Source: Betaproteobacteria bacterium
GTDB lineage: Bacteria > Pseudomonadota > Gammaproteobacteria > Burkholderiales > Burkholderiaceae_C
Length of the DNA: 51,524 nucleotides
Direction of reading: 5' to 3'
NCBI GenBank assembly: GCA_038126555.1
Contig: JAYPFZ010000004.1
Span: 8,431-59,954 of the forward strand
The notes beneath the pieces were generated by a model, which made no database searches, had not been told where the DNA came from, and saw nothing but the letters and a program-made list of their open reading frames with translations. The translations under genes were made by a program, and so were the position numbers. Positions 8,368 to 16,710 of this stretch are shown piece after piece (the first letter of the stretch is position 1; each line of letters begins with the position of its first letter).

Positions 8368-9552
8368 TCAGTGGGAAGAGAGGAGTTGTTCGGCCAGACG
8401 GATGAGGCTTCGGTCGCTGCCAGGCGGGCCCATCAAGGACAAGCCAAAGGGGGCGTCGAGTCGCTGGGCCAAGGGCAAATGCAGTTGAGGAAAACCGCTG
8501 AGGCCCGACAAGCACAACAGCTGAATGGCCTTGTTGCGGTAGTCCTCTAGGGCTTCGGCAGGCTGGGCAATCAGGGGGGCGACGTCGGGCATGGTGGGCA
8601 GGACCCACACCGTGTTGCTGCCCAACCAAGCGCGCAGCTGCTCGGTGAAGGCTTGGCGCACGCGGCGACCTTCGTTGGCTTGCTCGGGGGTGACGTCGCG
8701 CGACCAGAAGAACCGTTGCGCCACGTCGGGGCCCAGGGGTGGGCGGTGCGCCTCGATGAAGGGCCCATCGACTTGCCAGGCTTCTTCGCCCTGCACATAA
8801 CGGAAGGCCCAATACAAAGCCTCGAAATCGAGTGGCGTGTCGTGGGCACCCAGCGGGCCAAAGCGTTGGCTCAAGCGCTGCAACACGGGCTCCAAGGCGG
8901 CTCGCGCATCGGCGCCCAGCAGGCCCCAGCAACTGGCGGGCATGACCAGTTGGGGTTGATCGGGCAGGGGGTGAGGATCGGCACCCAGCAACACATCGGC
9001 CACGCGGGCAAAGGTGGGCAAGTCGCGGGTGAACCAGCCCAAGGTATCCAAGCTGGGGGCCAAATCCCAAATGCCCGTCAAGGGGATGCGCGCGTGGGTG
9101 GGGCGCAGGCCCCAGAGGCCGCAGTGGTTGGCGGGCGCGCGCACCGAGCCGCCGGTGTCGGTGCCCAAGGCGAAGTCGACCAGCCCATGGGACACGGCCG
9201 AGGCCGACCCACAAGAGGATCCGCCCGCGATGCGATCGGGGGCCGCACCATTGATGGGGGCCCCAAAGTGGGCATTGCGGCCATTCATGGAAAAGGCCAA
9301 TTCGTCGGTGACGGTTTTGCCGTCAAAAGCCGCCCCGGCATCCAGCAAGCGTTGCACCACCTCGGCGTGGCGGGTTTTGAGCCCCGAACGGGCCAGCATC
9401 AGGGGCTGACCATTGCTGGTGGGGTAGCCCGCCACGTCCATCAAATCTTTCACGCCAAAGCGCAAACCCTGCAAAGGGCCGGTTGGGGCATTCGCCACCG
9501 GCACATCGGGGTAGGGCATGAAGGCGCCAGTGGCCAGTCGTTCGGGGGTCAT
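8368..9552 (-). CDS. Amidase-signature enzyme (short AMI1-like type)
   Basis: GVKDL (catalytic K), GGSSCGS, GTDTGGSVR (Ser-cisSer-Lys triad); start placement approximate. Confidence 0.9.
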   Translation of the reverse strand: MTPERLATGAFMPYPDVPVANAPTGPLQGLRFGVKDLMDVAGYPTSNGQPLMLARSGLKTRHAEVVQRLLDAGAAFDGKTVTDELAFSMNGRNAHFGAPINGAAPDRIAGGSSCGSASAVSHGLVDFALGTDTGGSVRAPANHCGLWGLRPTHARIPLTGIWDLAPSLDTLGWFTRDLPTFARVADVLLGADPHPLPDQPQLVMPASCWGLLGADARAALEPVLQRLSQRFGPLGAHDTPLDFEALYWAFRYVQGEEAWQVDGPFIEAHRPPLGPDVAQRFFWSRDVTPEQANEGRRVRQAFTEQLRAWLGSNTVWVLPTMPDVAPLIAQPAEALEDYRNKAIQLLCLSGLSGFPQLHLPLAQRLDAPFGLSLMGPPGSDRSLIRLAEQLLSSH

Positions 9553-9641
9553 GGTGACAACCAATTCAAGGATCAAAGACGTAGTTTGTCATTTGATCAC
9601 TTGACCGAACATGGGGATATCACGGGCATGACAGCCCGGAC

Positions 9642-10385
9642 TCAGTCGTTGATGGGGGCTTGGCGCTTGTTGCGGGCGCGAATGTTCAGCGATTCGACGC
9701 CGAGCGAGAAGGCCATGGCCACGTAGAGGTAGCCTTTGGGAATGGCGGTGTCAAACGCTTCGGCCACCAAAGCCGTGCCCACCATCACCAAAAAGGCCAA
9801 GGCCAGGACCTTGACCGAGGGGTGGCGGTCGACGAAGTCGCCAATGGGCTTGGCGGCCATCAACATGACCATGACGGCTGCGATGACGGCCGCAACCATC
9901 ACCCCCAAGTTGTCGACCATGCCCACGGCCGTGATCACCGAGTCCAGCGAAAACACGATGTCGATGATGCCAATTTGCAAAATCACCGATGTGAAGGCGG
10001 CTTTGGTGGCCGATTGGTTTTCGGCATCCTGCTTGGAACCCGGGGCATCAGGGGCTTCAACCTCGATGAAGATTTCATGCGAGGCCTTGTAGAGCAAGAA
10101 CAAACCGCCAAACAACAAGACCAGGTCACGCCCGCTGATGGCTTGCCCCCAAACGGTGAACAAATCGGCACGCATGCCCATGATCCAGCTGAGCGAGGCC
10201 AGCAGCATCAAACGGGTGATCATGGCAAAGCCCAGACCCAAGCGGCGAGCCAAGTCGCGTTGATGCGCAGGCAAGCGGCCCACCAAAATGGAAATGAAGA
10301 TGATGTTGTCAATGCCCAGCACAATTTCAAGGGCACTGAGCATCAGAAAAGCAATCCACAAATTGGGGTCGAGCAAAAATTCCAT
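9642..10385 (-). CDS. TerC-family membrane protein
   Basis: LEIVLGIDN and DIVFSLDSVITAVG signatures. Confidence 0.92.
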   Translation of the reverse strand: MEFLLDPNLWIAFLMLSALEIVLGIDNIIFISILVGRLPAHQRDLARRLGLGFAMITRLMLLASLSWIMGMRADLFTVWGQAISGRDLVLLFGGLFLLYKASHEIFIEVEAPDAPGSKQDAENQSATKAAFTSVILQIGIIDIVFSLDSVITAVGMVDNLGVMVAAVIAAVMVMLMAAKPIGDFVDRHPSVKVLALAFLVMVGTALVAEAFDTAIPKGYLYVAMAFSLGVESLNIRARNKRQAPIND

Positions 10386-10391
10386 GGGGTG

Positions 10392-10919
10392 TTACAGCAG
10401 TTGGGAGAGGTCGTTGAGGTCTTCAGCAAACATTTCCCCCAACTCAATGCGTTGCAAACGCTGTTGACGGTCAATGACGAAGAGTTGCGGCAAGCCTTTG
10501 CGTTGCTTGAAAACGGCTTGCCAGGTGGGGTCGGCCAAGCCGACGGTGAAGGCATAGCCGTGTTGATCGATGTAGCGCTTGACTTCGGCGGGCTGCTTGT
10601 TGTCGATGTGAATCGCGTAAACCGACAGGCCTTGGTCTTTGTGGCGACGATAAAAGGCATCGAGCACCGGATTTTGTCGGGCACAAAACGGACACCGGGT
10701 GTGCCAAAACTCCAGCATCACGACTTGGCCAGCGGTTTTGTCGAAAGTCTCAATGCCGCCTTGCAGCAAGGGCAAAGGAGGCAGCGTTGCGCGCTGGCCC
10801 ACCACCCATTGGGGAGCCTTGGGGGTGGGCGCTGCGGCGGCAAGCTGAGGCCAAGCCGAAAGGCCTGCAAACCCGCACAGCGCCGCGCTTTGACGCAAGA
10901 ATTGTCGCTTGGTGTTCAT
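10392..10919 (-). CDS. TlpA/thioredoxin-fold disulfide reductase with Tat-like signal peptide
   Basis: N-terminal KRQFL + hydrophobic stretch; active site FWHTRCPFC; cis-Pro motif GLP. Confidence 0.85.
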   Translation of the reverse strand: MNTKRQFLRQSAALCGFAGLSAWPQLAAAAPTPKAPQWVVGQRATLPPLPLLQGGIETFDKTAGQVVMLEFWHTRCPFCARQNPVLDAFYRRHKDQGLSVYAIHIDNKQPAEVKRYIDQHGYAFTVGLADPTWQAVFKQRKGLPQLFVIDRQQRLQRIELGEMFAEDLNDLSQLL

Positions 10920-10952
10920 GGTATTTAACGGTCGGCAATGTATCATGAAGCC

Positions 10953-11657
10953 ATGATTCCCATACACGTTGAGTCGGCTTGGAAAGGCACTTCGGACTGT
11001 CGGAGTTGCGGCATTCGACACATGGTGTTGTTTGCCGACCTGAACGAGGAAGATTTCTCGCAGCTGCATACCCCCATCGACGACATGCATTTCGAGGCTG
11101 GCCGTCCCATTTACCAAGAAGGGGATCCGGCCAAGAGCGTCTACACCTTGCGCACCGGCATGGTCAAACTGGTGCGCACCATGCTCGATGGGCGCCAGCG
11201 CATTGTGCGCGTGTTGAGGCCCGGTGATGTCATTGGCATTGAGGCCTTGGTGCAGTCCAAAACCGATTCGGAGGCCGTGGCCTTGAGCGATGTGGGGGTG
11301 TGCCGCATTCCCGTCGATGTGCTCAACCACTTGGCCGATCACTCCCCGCGCTTGCATGTGCGCTTGATGCAAAAGTGGCACCACGCCCTCAAAGAAGCCG
11401 ACGACTGGCTGGCGCAACTGAACTTTGGCAGTGCCCGCCAGCGGGTGGCCAACATCATCCTGAAAATGCGCAATCCGGAAGACCCCAGTTTCACCACCTT
11501 GTTTGCGCGCGAAGACATGGGCGCCATGCTCGACCTCAAGCTCGAAACCGTGAGCCGTGAAGTGAGCCACTGGGTGAAAAGCGGCGCCATTCAGCCGCTG
11601 GACAAACAAGGTCGCGCCTACCGCGTGACCAACGCCCTCATCCTCGAAAAAGCCTGA
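10953..11657 (+). CDS. Crp/Fnr-family transcriptional regulator with N-terminal CxxC
   Basis: cNMP-binding fold (GRQRIVRVLRPGDVIG); HTH LKLETVSR; CRSC. Confidence 0.9.
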   Translation: MIPIHVESAWKGTSDCRSCGIRHMVLFADLNEEDFSQLHTPIDDMHFEAGRPIYQEGDPAKSVYTLRTGMVKLVRTMLDGRQRIVRVLRPGDVIGIEALVQSKTDSEAVALSDVGVCRIPVDVLNHLADHSPRLHVRLMQKWHHALKEADDWLAQLNFGSARQRVANIILKMRNPEDPSFTTLFAREDMGAMLDLKLETVSREVSHWVKSGAIQPLDKQGRAYRVTNALILEKA

Positions 11658-11666
11658 GCGCCGCCT

Positions 11667-12587
11667 TTACCGAGCCAGTCGTTGGGCTTGGGCCACTTGC
11701 AATTGGGTGTGGGCGATGCGCAGCAAATCGCAACCCACGCCGCCGTCCTCGCCCAGCGCAATCAGCTCGCCCAAGATGTGCTCGTGCTCGGTGCGTTGGC
11801 CTTGTTCCAAATCGCGCAACATGGATGCGGTGAACGTGGAACCCGCCTGACACAGCATGGCCAGGGCTTGCACTTGAGCCCCTTCGGGAATGGGTCTGCC
11901 TTGGGCCGATGCGATGTCGCAGGCTTGGCCATAGAGGCGTCGGGTGAGGCTTTCGCCATGGGTGGTGGCCATCACTTCGCCCACCGTGCCATGACACAGC
12001 GTGGTGATGGCCGCCAAGCTGGCCAAAAACACCCACTTGTTCCACAAGGCTTGTTCGATGTCGCTGCTGAGCACCGATTCAAAGCCGCTGCGCTGGCCTG
12101 CATCCACAAAGGCTTGCGCCACGGCTTGCTGTTTGGCGTGGCGCACCCCCACGGTGAGGCGGTGCAACTCGTTGAGGCGACGGACCGCGCCAGTCGGCGT
12201 GATGGTGGCGCCAATGTGGGCCACGCCACCCAACACGTTGTCGGCACCCAGCCAAGCATCGAGCCGTTGCATGTGGGTGAAGCCATTCAGAAAGGGCAAG
12301 ACCAAGGCTTGACCCAGCGCGGGCGCCAAATCGGTGAGCACCGATTCGAGGTCGTAGGCCTTGGGAGAGAGCACGATCAAGTCGTAGTCGGGCGTGAGGG
12401 CTTCGCGACTCACCACCCGAGGTTGAATGTGAAAGTTGCCATCGGGGGATTCGATGTGCAAGCCCTCGGTGCTCAACTGGTGCAGGCGCTGGCCACGCAA
12501 AAGAAAGTGAATGTCTGCGCCGGCGCGGTGCAGGCGCGCGCCAAAGTAGCCGCCGATGCCGCCGGCCCCCACCATCAAAATTTTCAT
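11667..12587 (-). CDS. panE: 2-dehydropantoate 2-reductase (PanE/ApbA family)
   Basis: GAGGIGG Rossmann motif, KAYD, LNG, WNKW, SMLRD..G..TE. Confidence 0.88.
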   Translation of the reverse strand: MKILMVGAGGIGGYFGARLHRAGADIHFLLRGQRLHQLSTEGLHIESPDGNFHIQPRVVSREALTPDYDLIVLSPKAYDLESVLTDLAPALGQALVLPFLNGFTHMQRLDAWLGADNVLGGVAHIGATITPTGAVRRLNELHRLTVGVRHAKQQAVAQAFVDAGQRSGFESVLSSDIEQALWNKWVFLASLAAITTLCHGTVGEVMATTHGESLTRRLYGQACDIASAQGRPIPEGAQVQALAMLCQAGSTFTASMLRDLEQGQRTEHEHILGELIALGEDGGVGCDLLRIAHTQLQVAQAQRLAR

Positions 12588-12603
12588 GCCATTTCCTAGG
12601 GCG

Positions 12604-13695
12604 TCAGGCGCCAATTGCTCGGTTCACACGGGGCATGACCTCGGTGGCAAACAATTCCATGGAGCGTTTGGCCAAGGCCGGATCCAGCCAGTCGTGGCAA
12701 GCATAGACCAAGTTGCCAAAGTCGCCCACCGATTCGCGGAACGCCAAGATTTGATCGACCACGGAATCCACGGTGCCCGCAATCACCAATTGCTGGGTGA
12801 TGTGCTCGGGCGTGAGCGTGTCGTCGGACTGATTGGGGTCGGACTTGAACAAATTGCTTCGGCCGCCGCCTTTGATGAGCTTGTAGGACAGCTGCTTGAA
12901 GTAGAAGTGGTAGGGCCCACCCGCTTCATAGGCATAGCGCCGGGCCGTGGCCTCGTCGTCGGCGACAAAAATGCTTTTGGCCACGCGCCACTCGCTGGGG
13001 TGAGCCACAGCGCCCACCGCCTCACGGCCTTGAACGTAGCTGTCCCAATGGGTTTTGACCCATTGCGGCAACAAGAAGTTGGCCGAAATGGCTTGCCACC
13101 CGCGCTTGGCCATTTCGGTCACGCCTTTGGAAAAAGGCGCAACCGCGGTGCCCACGATGGGCGGGTGGGGGGATTGATAGGGCTTCATGATGAAGCCCTG
13201 GCCAATCTCGGGGATCATGGTTTGGGCCACCGTGACCTTCCAGAATTCACCGTCGATGTTGTAGGGGGGATCGGACGCCCAGATCTTGAGGATGGTGTTG
13301 ATGCATTCCACAAACATGGCGTTGCGATCTTTGCCCAGGCTGCCAAAGACTTCGGCGTCGCTCATGAGCCCACCCGGGCTGATGCCCATGATGAGGCGCC
13401 CTTTGAGCAGGTGATCGAGCATGGCCACCTGAGCGGCCACCGCCACGGGGTGCGAATTGGGCAAATTCAGTGTGCCCGTGCCCAGCTTGATGTGTTGGGT
13501 CTGGTCGACCAGGGTCGACAAAAACATCAGGCAAGAGGTCACGGTCTCGGCTGCGTCCGTGGCGTGTTCGCCCACAAAGGCTTCCTTGAAGCCCAACCGA
13601 TCGCCCAAGATGATGGCTTGGCGGTCTTCTTGCAAGGTTTCGGTGACGTTGCGCCCAGGCGGGTGCAAGGGCATCATGAATAAGCTGTAGTCCAT
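12604..13695 (-). CDS. LLM-class (luciferase-like) flavin-dependent monooxygenase
   Basis: FMMPLHPP, LGFKEAFVGEH, IKLGTG, AMLDHLLKGR, SMELFATEVMP. Confidence 0.9.
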   Translation of the reverse strand: MDYSLFMMPLHPPGRNVTETLQEDRQAIILGDRLGFKEAFVGEHATDAAETVTSCLMFLSTLVDQTQHIKLGTGTLNLPNSHPVAVAAQVAMLDHLLKGRLIMGISPGGLMSDAEVFGSLGKDRNAMFVECINTILKIWASDPPYNIDGEFWKVTVAQTMIPEIGQGFIMKPYQSPHPPIVGTAVAPFSKGVTEMAKRGWQAISANFLLPQWVKTHWDSYVQGREAVGAVAHPSEWRVAKSIFVADDEATARRYAYEAGGPYHFYFKQLSYKLIKGGGRSNLFKSDPNQSDDTLTPEHITQQLVIAGTVDSVVDQILAFRESVGDFGNLVYACHDWLDPALAKRSMELFATEVMPRVNRAIGA

Positions 13696-13710
13696 GGCGA
13701 GTGGCGTCGT

Positions 13711-14217
13711 TCAGACGCTGGGGTTGGGCAGTGGAATGCCTTGTGCATATCGCCCCTGGCAATAGAGCAAGGTGGGCTTGGGCTCAAAGTGAAAGTCGAT
13801 CACTTCCGCCAAAAACAGCACATGGTCACCCACCACCAGTTGCTGGGTGGTTTGACACTCGAACACCGAAGCACAGCCTTGCAAGACGGGCAAGCCCAAT
13901 TCTCCCGGTGCGTGATCAACGCCGGCGAATTTATCGCTCACCGGGCTGGCAAAACGCTGCGACAAGTGAACTTGATCGACGCTCAGCACGTTCACCACAA
14001 ACTGCTGGCGCTGCTCGAAAGCGGCCAGGCTGGGCGAGGTTTTCAACAGACTCCACAAGACGATGAACGGCTCGAGGGAGACCGAGTTGAAAGAATTGGC
14101 CGTAACGCCCACCGGCCGGCCATCGGCCGCCAAGGTGGTGACCACGGTGACGCCGGTGCCGAAGTTGCCCAGGGCTTTGCGCATGTCCAGTGGCGAGGCA
14201 TCTGTCTTGGTGTTCAT
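13711..14217 (-). CDS. Flavin reductase (HpaC/RutF-like)
   Basis: RKALGNFGTGVTVVT, TANSFNSVSLEP, GDH. Confidence 0.92.
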   Translation of the reverse strand: MNTKTDASPLDMRKALGNFGTGVTVVTTLAADGRPVGVTANSFNSVSLEPFIVLWSLLKTSPSLAAFEQRQQFVVNVLSVDQVHLSQRFASPVSDKFAGVDHAPGELGLPVLQGCASVFECQTTQQLVVGDHVLFLAEVIDFHFEPKPTLLYCQGRYAQGIPLPNPSV

Positions 14218-14278
14218 GTGATCACTTTAGGTCTTGGTGTTCAAGCTCAACTCAGGGATAACCCGAGCGAGCTGTCGC

Positions 14279-14965
14279 TTAGGCGGCGCGGAGCAACTCG
14301 GGCAACACCACCCGCGCACCCGCCATGAAGTGGCGAATGGTCATGCGGATGAGGTCGTCGAGGTTGTCCTCAACGGGGACGTCAAAAATCCATTCCCGCT
14401 GGCCAAAATAAAACACGCGGGCGTTGATGCTCCAGACCAACTCCAGTTCTTGAGAACGGAGGGGCACTTGCTCGGGCCCGGGTAGCCCCAGCTCGTGGCG
14501 CAACTCGATGGCCATGGGTTCCAGAATGCGTGACTTCAGGATGTTCAGGTATTTGCGGTTGATGTCCTCGCCCCGCAAGCCCGAAAACATGAAGATGCGC
14601 ACCCAGTCGCGATTGAGGGCTGCCTTGGCGTATTCGATGTAATGGCGGGCCAGCCGCTCTTCCAGCGGAATGCTGCGGTCACGCAGCACGGTTTCCCAAA
14701 AAGGGTTCCAACGCCCAATGTAGACCTCTTCAAACACCCGGTTGATGAGGGCATCTTTGTTGGGGAAGTATTTGTAGAGCAGGGATTGGGTCACGCCCAA
14801 ACGTTGCGCCAATTCGCGGGTGTCGCCGCCAAAACCGACTTCGGCAAAGTATTTCACCGCCTCACGCGCAATGTGCTGCTCGCGCTCGGCCGCAGACAGC
14901 CGCTTGGCGGCTGCACGTTTGGCAGGCGGCACAGAGGCAGCGGGTGCTCGGCGGGTGGTGCTCAT
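14279..14965 (-). CDS. TetR/AcrR-family transcriptional regulator
   Basis: N-terminal HTH FAEVGF..TRELAQRLGVTQSLLYKYFPNKDAL. Confidence 0.93.
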   Translation of the reverse strand: MSTTRRAPAASVPPAKRAAAKRLSAAEREQHIAREAVKYFAEVGFGGDTRELAQRLGVTQSLLYKYFPNKDALINRVFEEVYIGRWNPFWETVLRDRSIPLEERLARHYIEYAKAALNRDWVRIFMFSGLRGEDINRKYLNILKSRILEPMAIELRHELGLPGPEQVPLRSQELELVWSINARVFYFGQREWIFDVPVEDNLDDLIRMTIRHFMAGARVVLPELLRAA

Positions 14966-15011
14966 GGGGTGGGTTGTCTCGGTGGTGTCCGAAGTCGAGT
15001 GTCCGGATTTT

Positions 15012-15023
15012 TAAACTAGTTTA
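15012..15023. promoter_or_regulatory. Perfect palindrome in the tetR divergent intergenic region: candidate operator
   Basis: TAAACTAGTTTA, the only AT-rich patch between the two divergent starts. Confidence 0.45.
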
Positions 15024-15048
15024 TCGGGAAACGAAGCTTGGAGATCAC

Positions 15049-15960
15049 ATGACCACCACAAAACGCCAGTCTGCGGCCACGCACCAGCCCCCCCAAGCCG
15101 TTGGCGTGTTGGGCCTGGGCATCATGGGTTCCGCCTTGTCGGCCAATTTGGTCAAGGCCGGGTTTGAGGTGCATGGGCATGACCCCGTGGCCGCCTCGCG
15201 CCAGCGGCTCAAGCAAGCGGGTGGACGAGTGTGGGCGCAGGCCGCGCAGGTCCTCTCGCGATGTGAGGTGGTGATCACCTCCTTGCCCAGCGCGCAAGCC
15301 CTGGAGCAGGTGACCCAAACCCTGTTGGCGCACGGACAAGCCGGCACGGTGGTGATGGAGACCAGCACCTTGGCGGTCGACGACAAACGGCGCGCCCAAC
15401 AAGCCTTGGCACGCCGAGGGCTGGTGATGCTCGATTGCCCCTTGTCGGGCACCGGCGCGCAGGCCGTGAACAAAGACTTGACCGTTTATGCCAGCGGCCC
15501 CAAGGCGTCCATTCGCCGTGTGGTGCCCGTGATGGAAGGGTTTGCCCGCGAACACTTTGATTTGGGCGCCTTTGGCAATGGCATGCGCATGAAGCTCATG
15601 GCCAATCTCTTGGTGGCCATCCACAACGTGTCCACGGCCGAGGCTTTGCTGTTGGGTGAGCAGTGGGGCATTCCCATCGAGCAAGCCGTGCGGGTGCTCA
15701 GTGGCGGCGCCGGGGGGTCACGCATGCTGCAGGTGCGCGGCCCCATGATGACCGACCGCCAATGGGAGCAAGCCACCATGAAGGTGTCGGTGTGGCAAAA
15801 GGACATGCACCTCATTCAGCAAGCGCTGGTGGATGCGAAGGTGGGTGCCCCCTTGTTTGCGGCCACGCAACCCATTTACAACGCCGCCTTGGGCCTGGGG
15901 CATGCCGAGCACGACACGGCCAGTGTGATTGAGGTGTTGCGCCGCATGAAGGGCGCTTAA
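15049..15960 (+). CDS. NAD(P)-dependent beta-hydroxyacid dehydrogenase (3-hydroxyisobutyrate DH family)
   Basis: GLGIMG, DCPLSG, MKLMANLL (catalytic K), KDM. Confidence 0.9.
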   Translation: MTTTKRQSAATHQPPQAVGVLGLGIMGSALSANLVKAGFEVHGHDPVAASRQRLKQAGGRVWAQAAQVLSRCEVVITSLPSAQALEQVTQTLLAHGQAGTVVMETSTLAVDDKRRAQQALARRGLVMLDCPLSGTGAQAVNKDLTVYASGPKASIRRVVPVMEGFAREHFDLGAFGNGMRMKLMANLLVAIHNVSTAEALLLGEQWGIPIEQAVRVLSGGAGGSRMLQVRGPMMTDRQWEQATMKVSVWQKDMHLIQQALVDAKVGAPLFAATQPIYNAALGLGHAEHDTASVIEVLRRMKGA

Positions 15961-15968
15961 AGCGCACG

Positions 15969-16044
<76 letters not shown>

Positions 16045-16186
16045 TTTTCATTCAGTTTAAACCCAGACCTGGTGTCAACGCCACAGACACCTGCTGTTGG
16101 CATGCGCCTTGCATTCAAGCCCTGCGTCCAACGGTCGATTCCATCGAGATCGACGGCTGGTTTTTGAAAAAAATGAATGCGAAAGC

Positions 16187-16702
16187 ATGATGAATAAGGC
16201 GACAGTGACGAAATTGGTGGTGATCATGGGTGTGCTCATGGTCATCAATGTGGCGGTGCTGGTGACGAGTTTTCGTCACGAGCCGGCAGAGCCTGCCTCC
16301 ACGGTGGCGTCCGAAACCCACGAACCCGCCAAAGCCGACCACGACGCGCCCCCTGCAGGGGATGACCACGCTGCTGCCCAGCACGAATCCGCACCCCAAC
16401 ACGAAGCCGATGCCCAGCCAGTGGTGCAAGACCCCGATTACAAGACGCCGTTTTTCACCGGCTATCGCCCGCCGCTCATGGGCAAGTGCAAGGTGTTGTT
16501 CCGCAAGTTCAAGGACGAGCCCTTGGCATCCGGCAGCTACAAGGCGTTTGCCTACAGCTACGACGGGGAGTTTGTGGCCTGTGCCTCGACCGTTTCTGAG
16601 CAAAACCAACAGGCCGCCGATCGAGTGGCCATCGACGAATGCGAATCCAACCGCCGCTCGGCGGTGGAGAGCGCGCGTTGCCGCATCTACGCGATTGAGT
16701 GA
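16187..16702 (+). CDS. Hypothetical membrane-anchored protein: His/acidic linker, C-terminal 4-Cys domain
   Basis: N-terminal TM (LVVIMGVLMVINVAVLV); KAFAYS...A...AIDEC...CRIYA pattern. Confidence 0.75.
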   Translation: MMNKATVTKLVVIMGVLMVINVAVLVTSFRHEPAEPASTVASETHEPAKADHDAPPAGDDHAAAQHESAPQHEADAQPVVQDPDYKTPFFTGYRPPLMGKCKVLFRKFKDEPLASGSYKAFAYSYDGEFVACASTVSEQNQQAADRVAIDECESNRRSAVESARCRIYAIE

Positions 16703-16710
16703 GGCCCAAT

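Noticed and set aside
10392-11609. 405-aa ORF as listed in the track
   Set aside because: Its N-terminal part is antisense to the Crp/Fnr gene; the real gene most likely starts at 10919
7772-14965. Canonical rut pyrimidine-utilisation operon
   Set aside because: Only RutE is a clear match; rutB/C/D/G are absent and the LLM does not look like RutA
16045-16080. Sigma70 promoter TTGACA/TAAACT for tRNA-Ala
   Set aside because: Spacer is 13 bp, too short; the -10 may be real but the pair is unsupported
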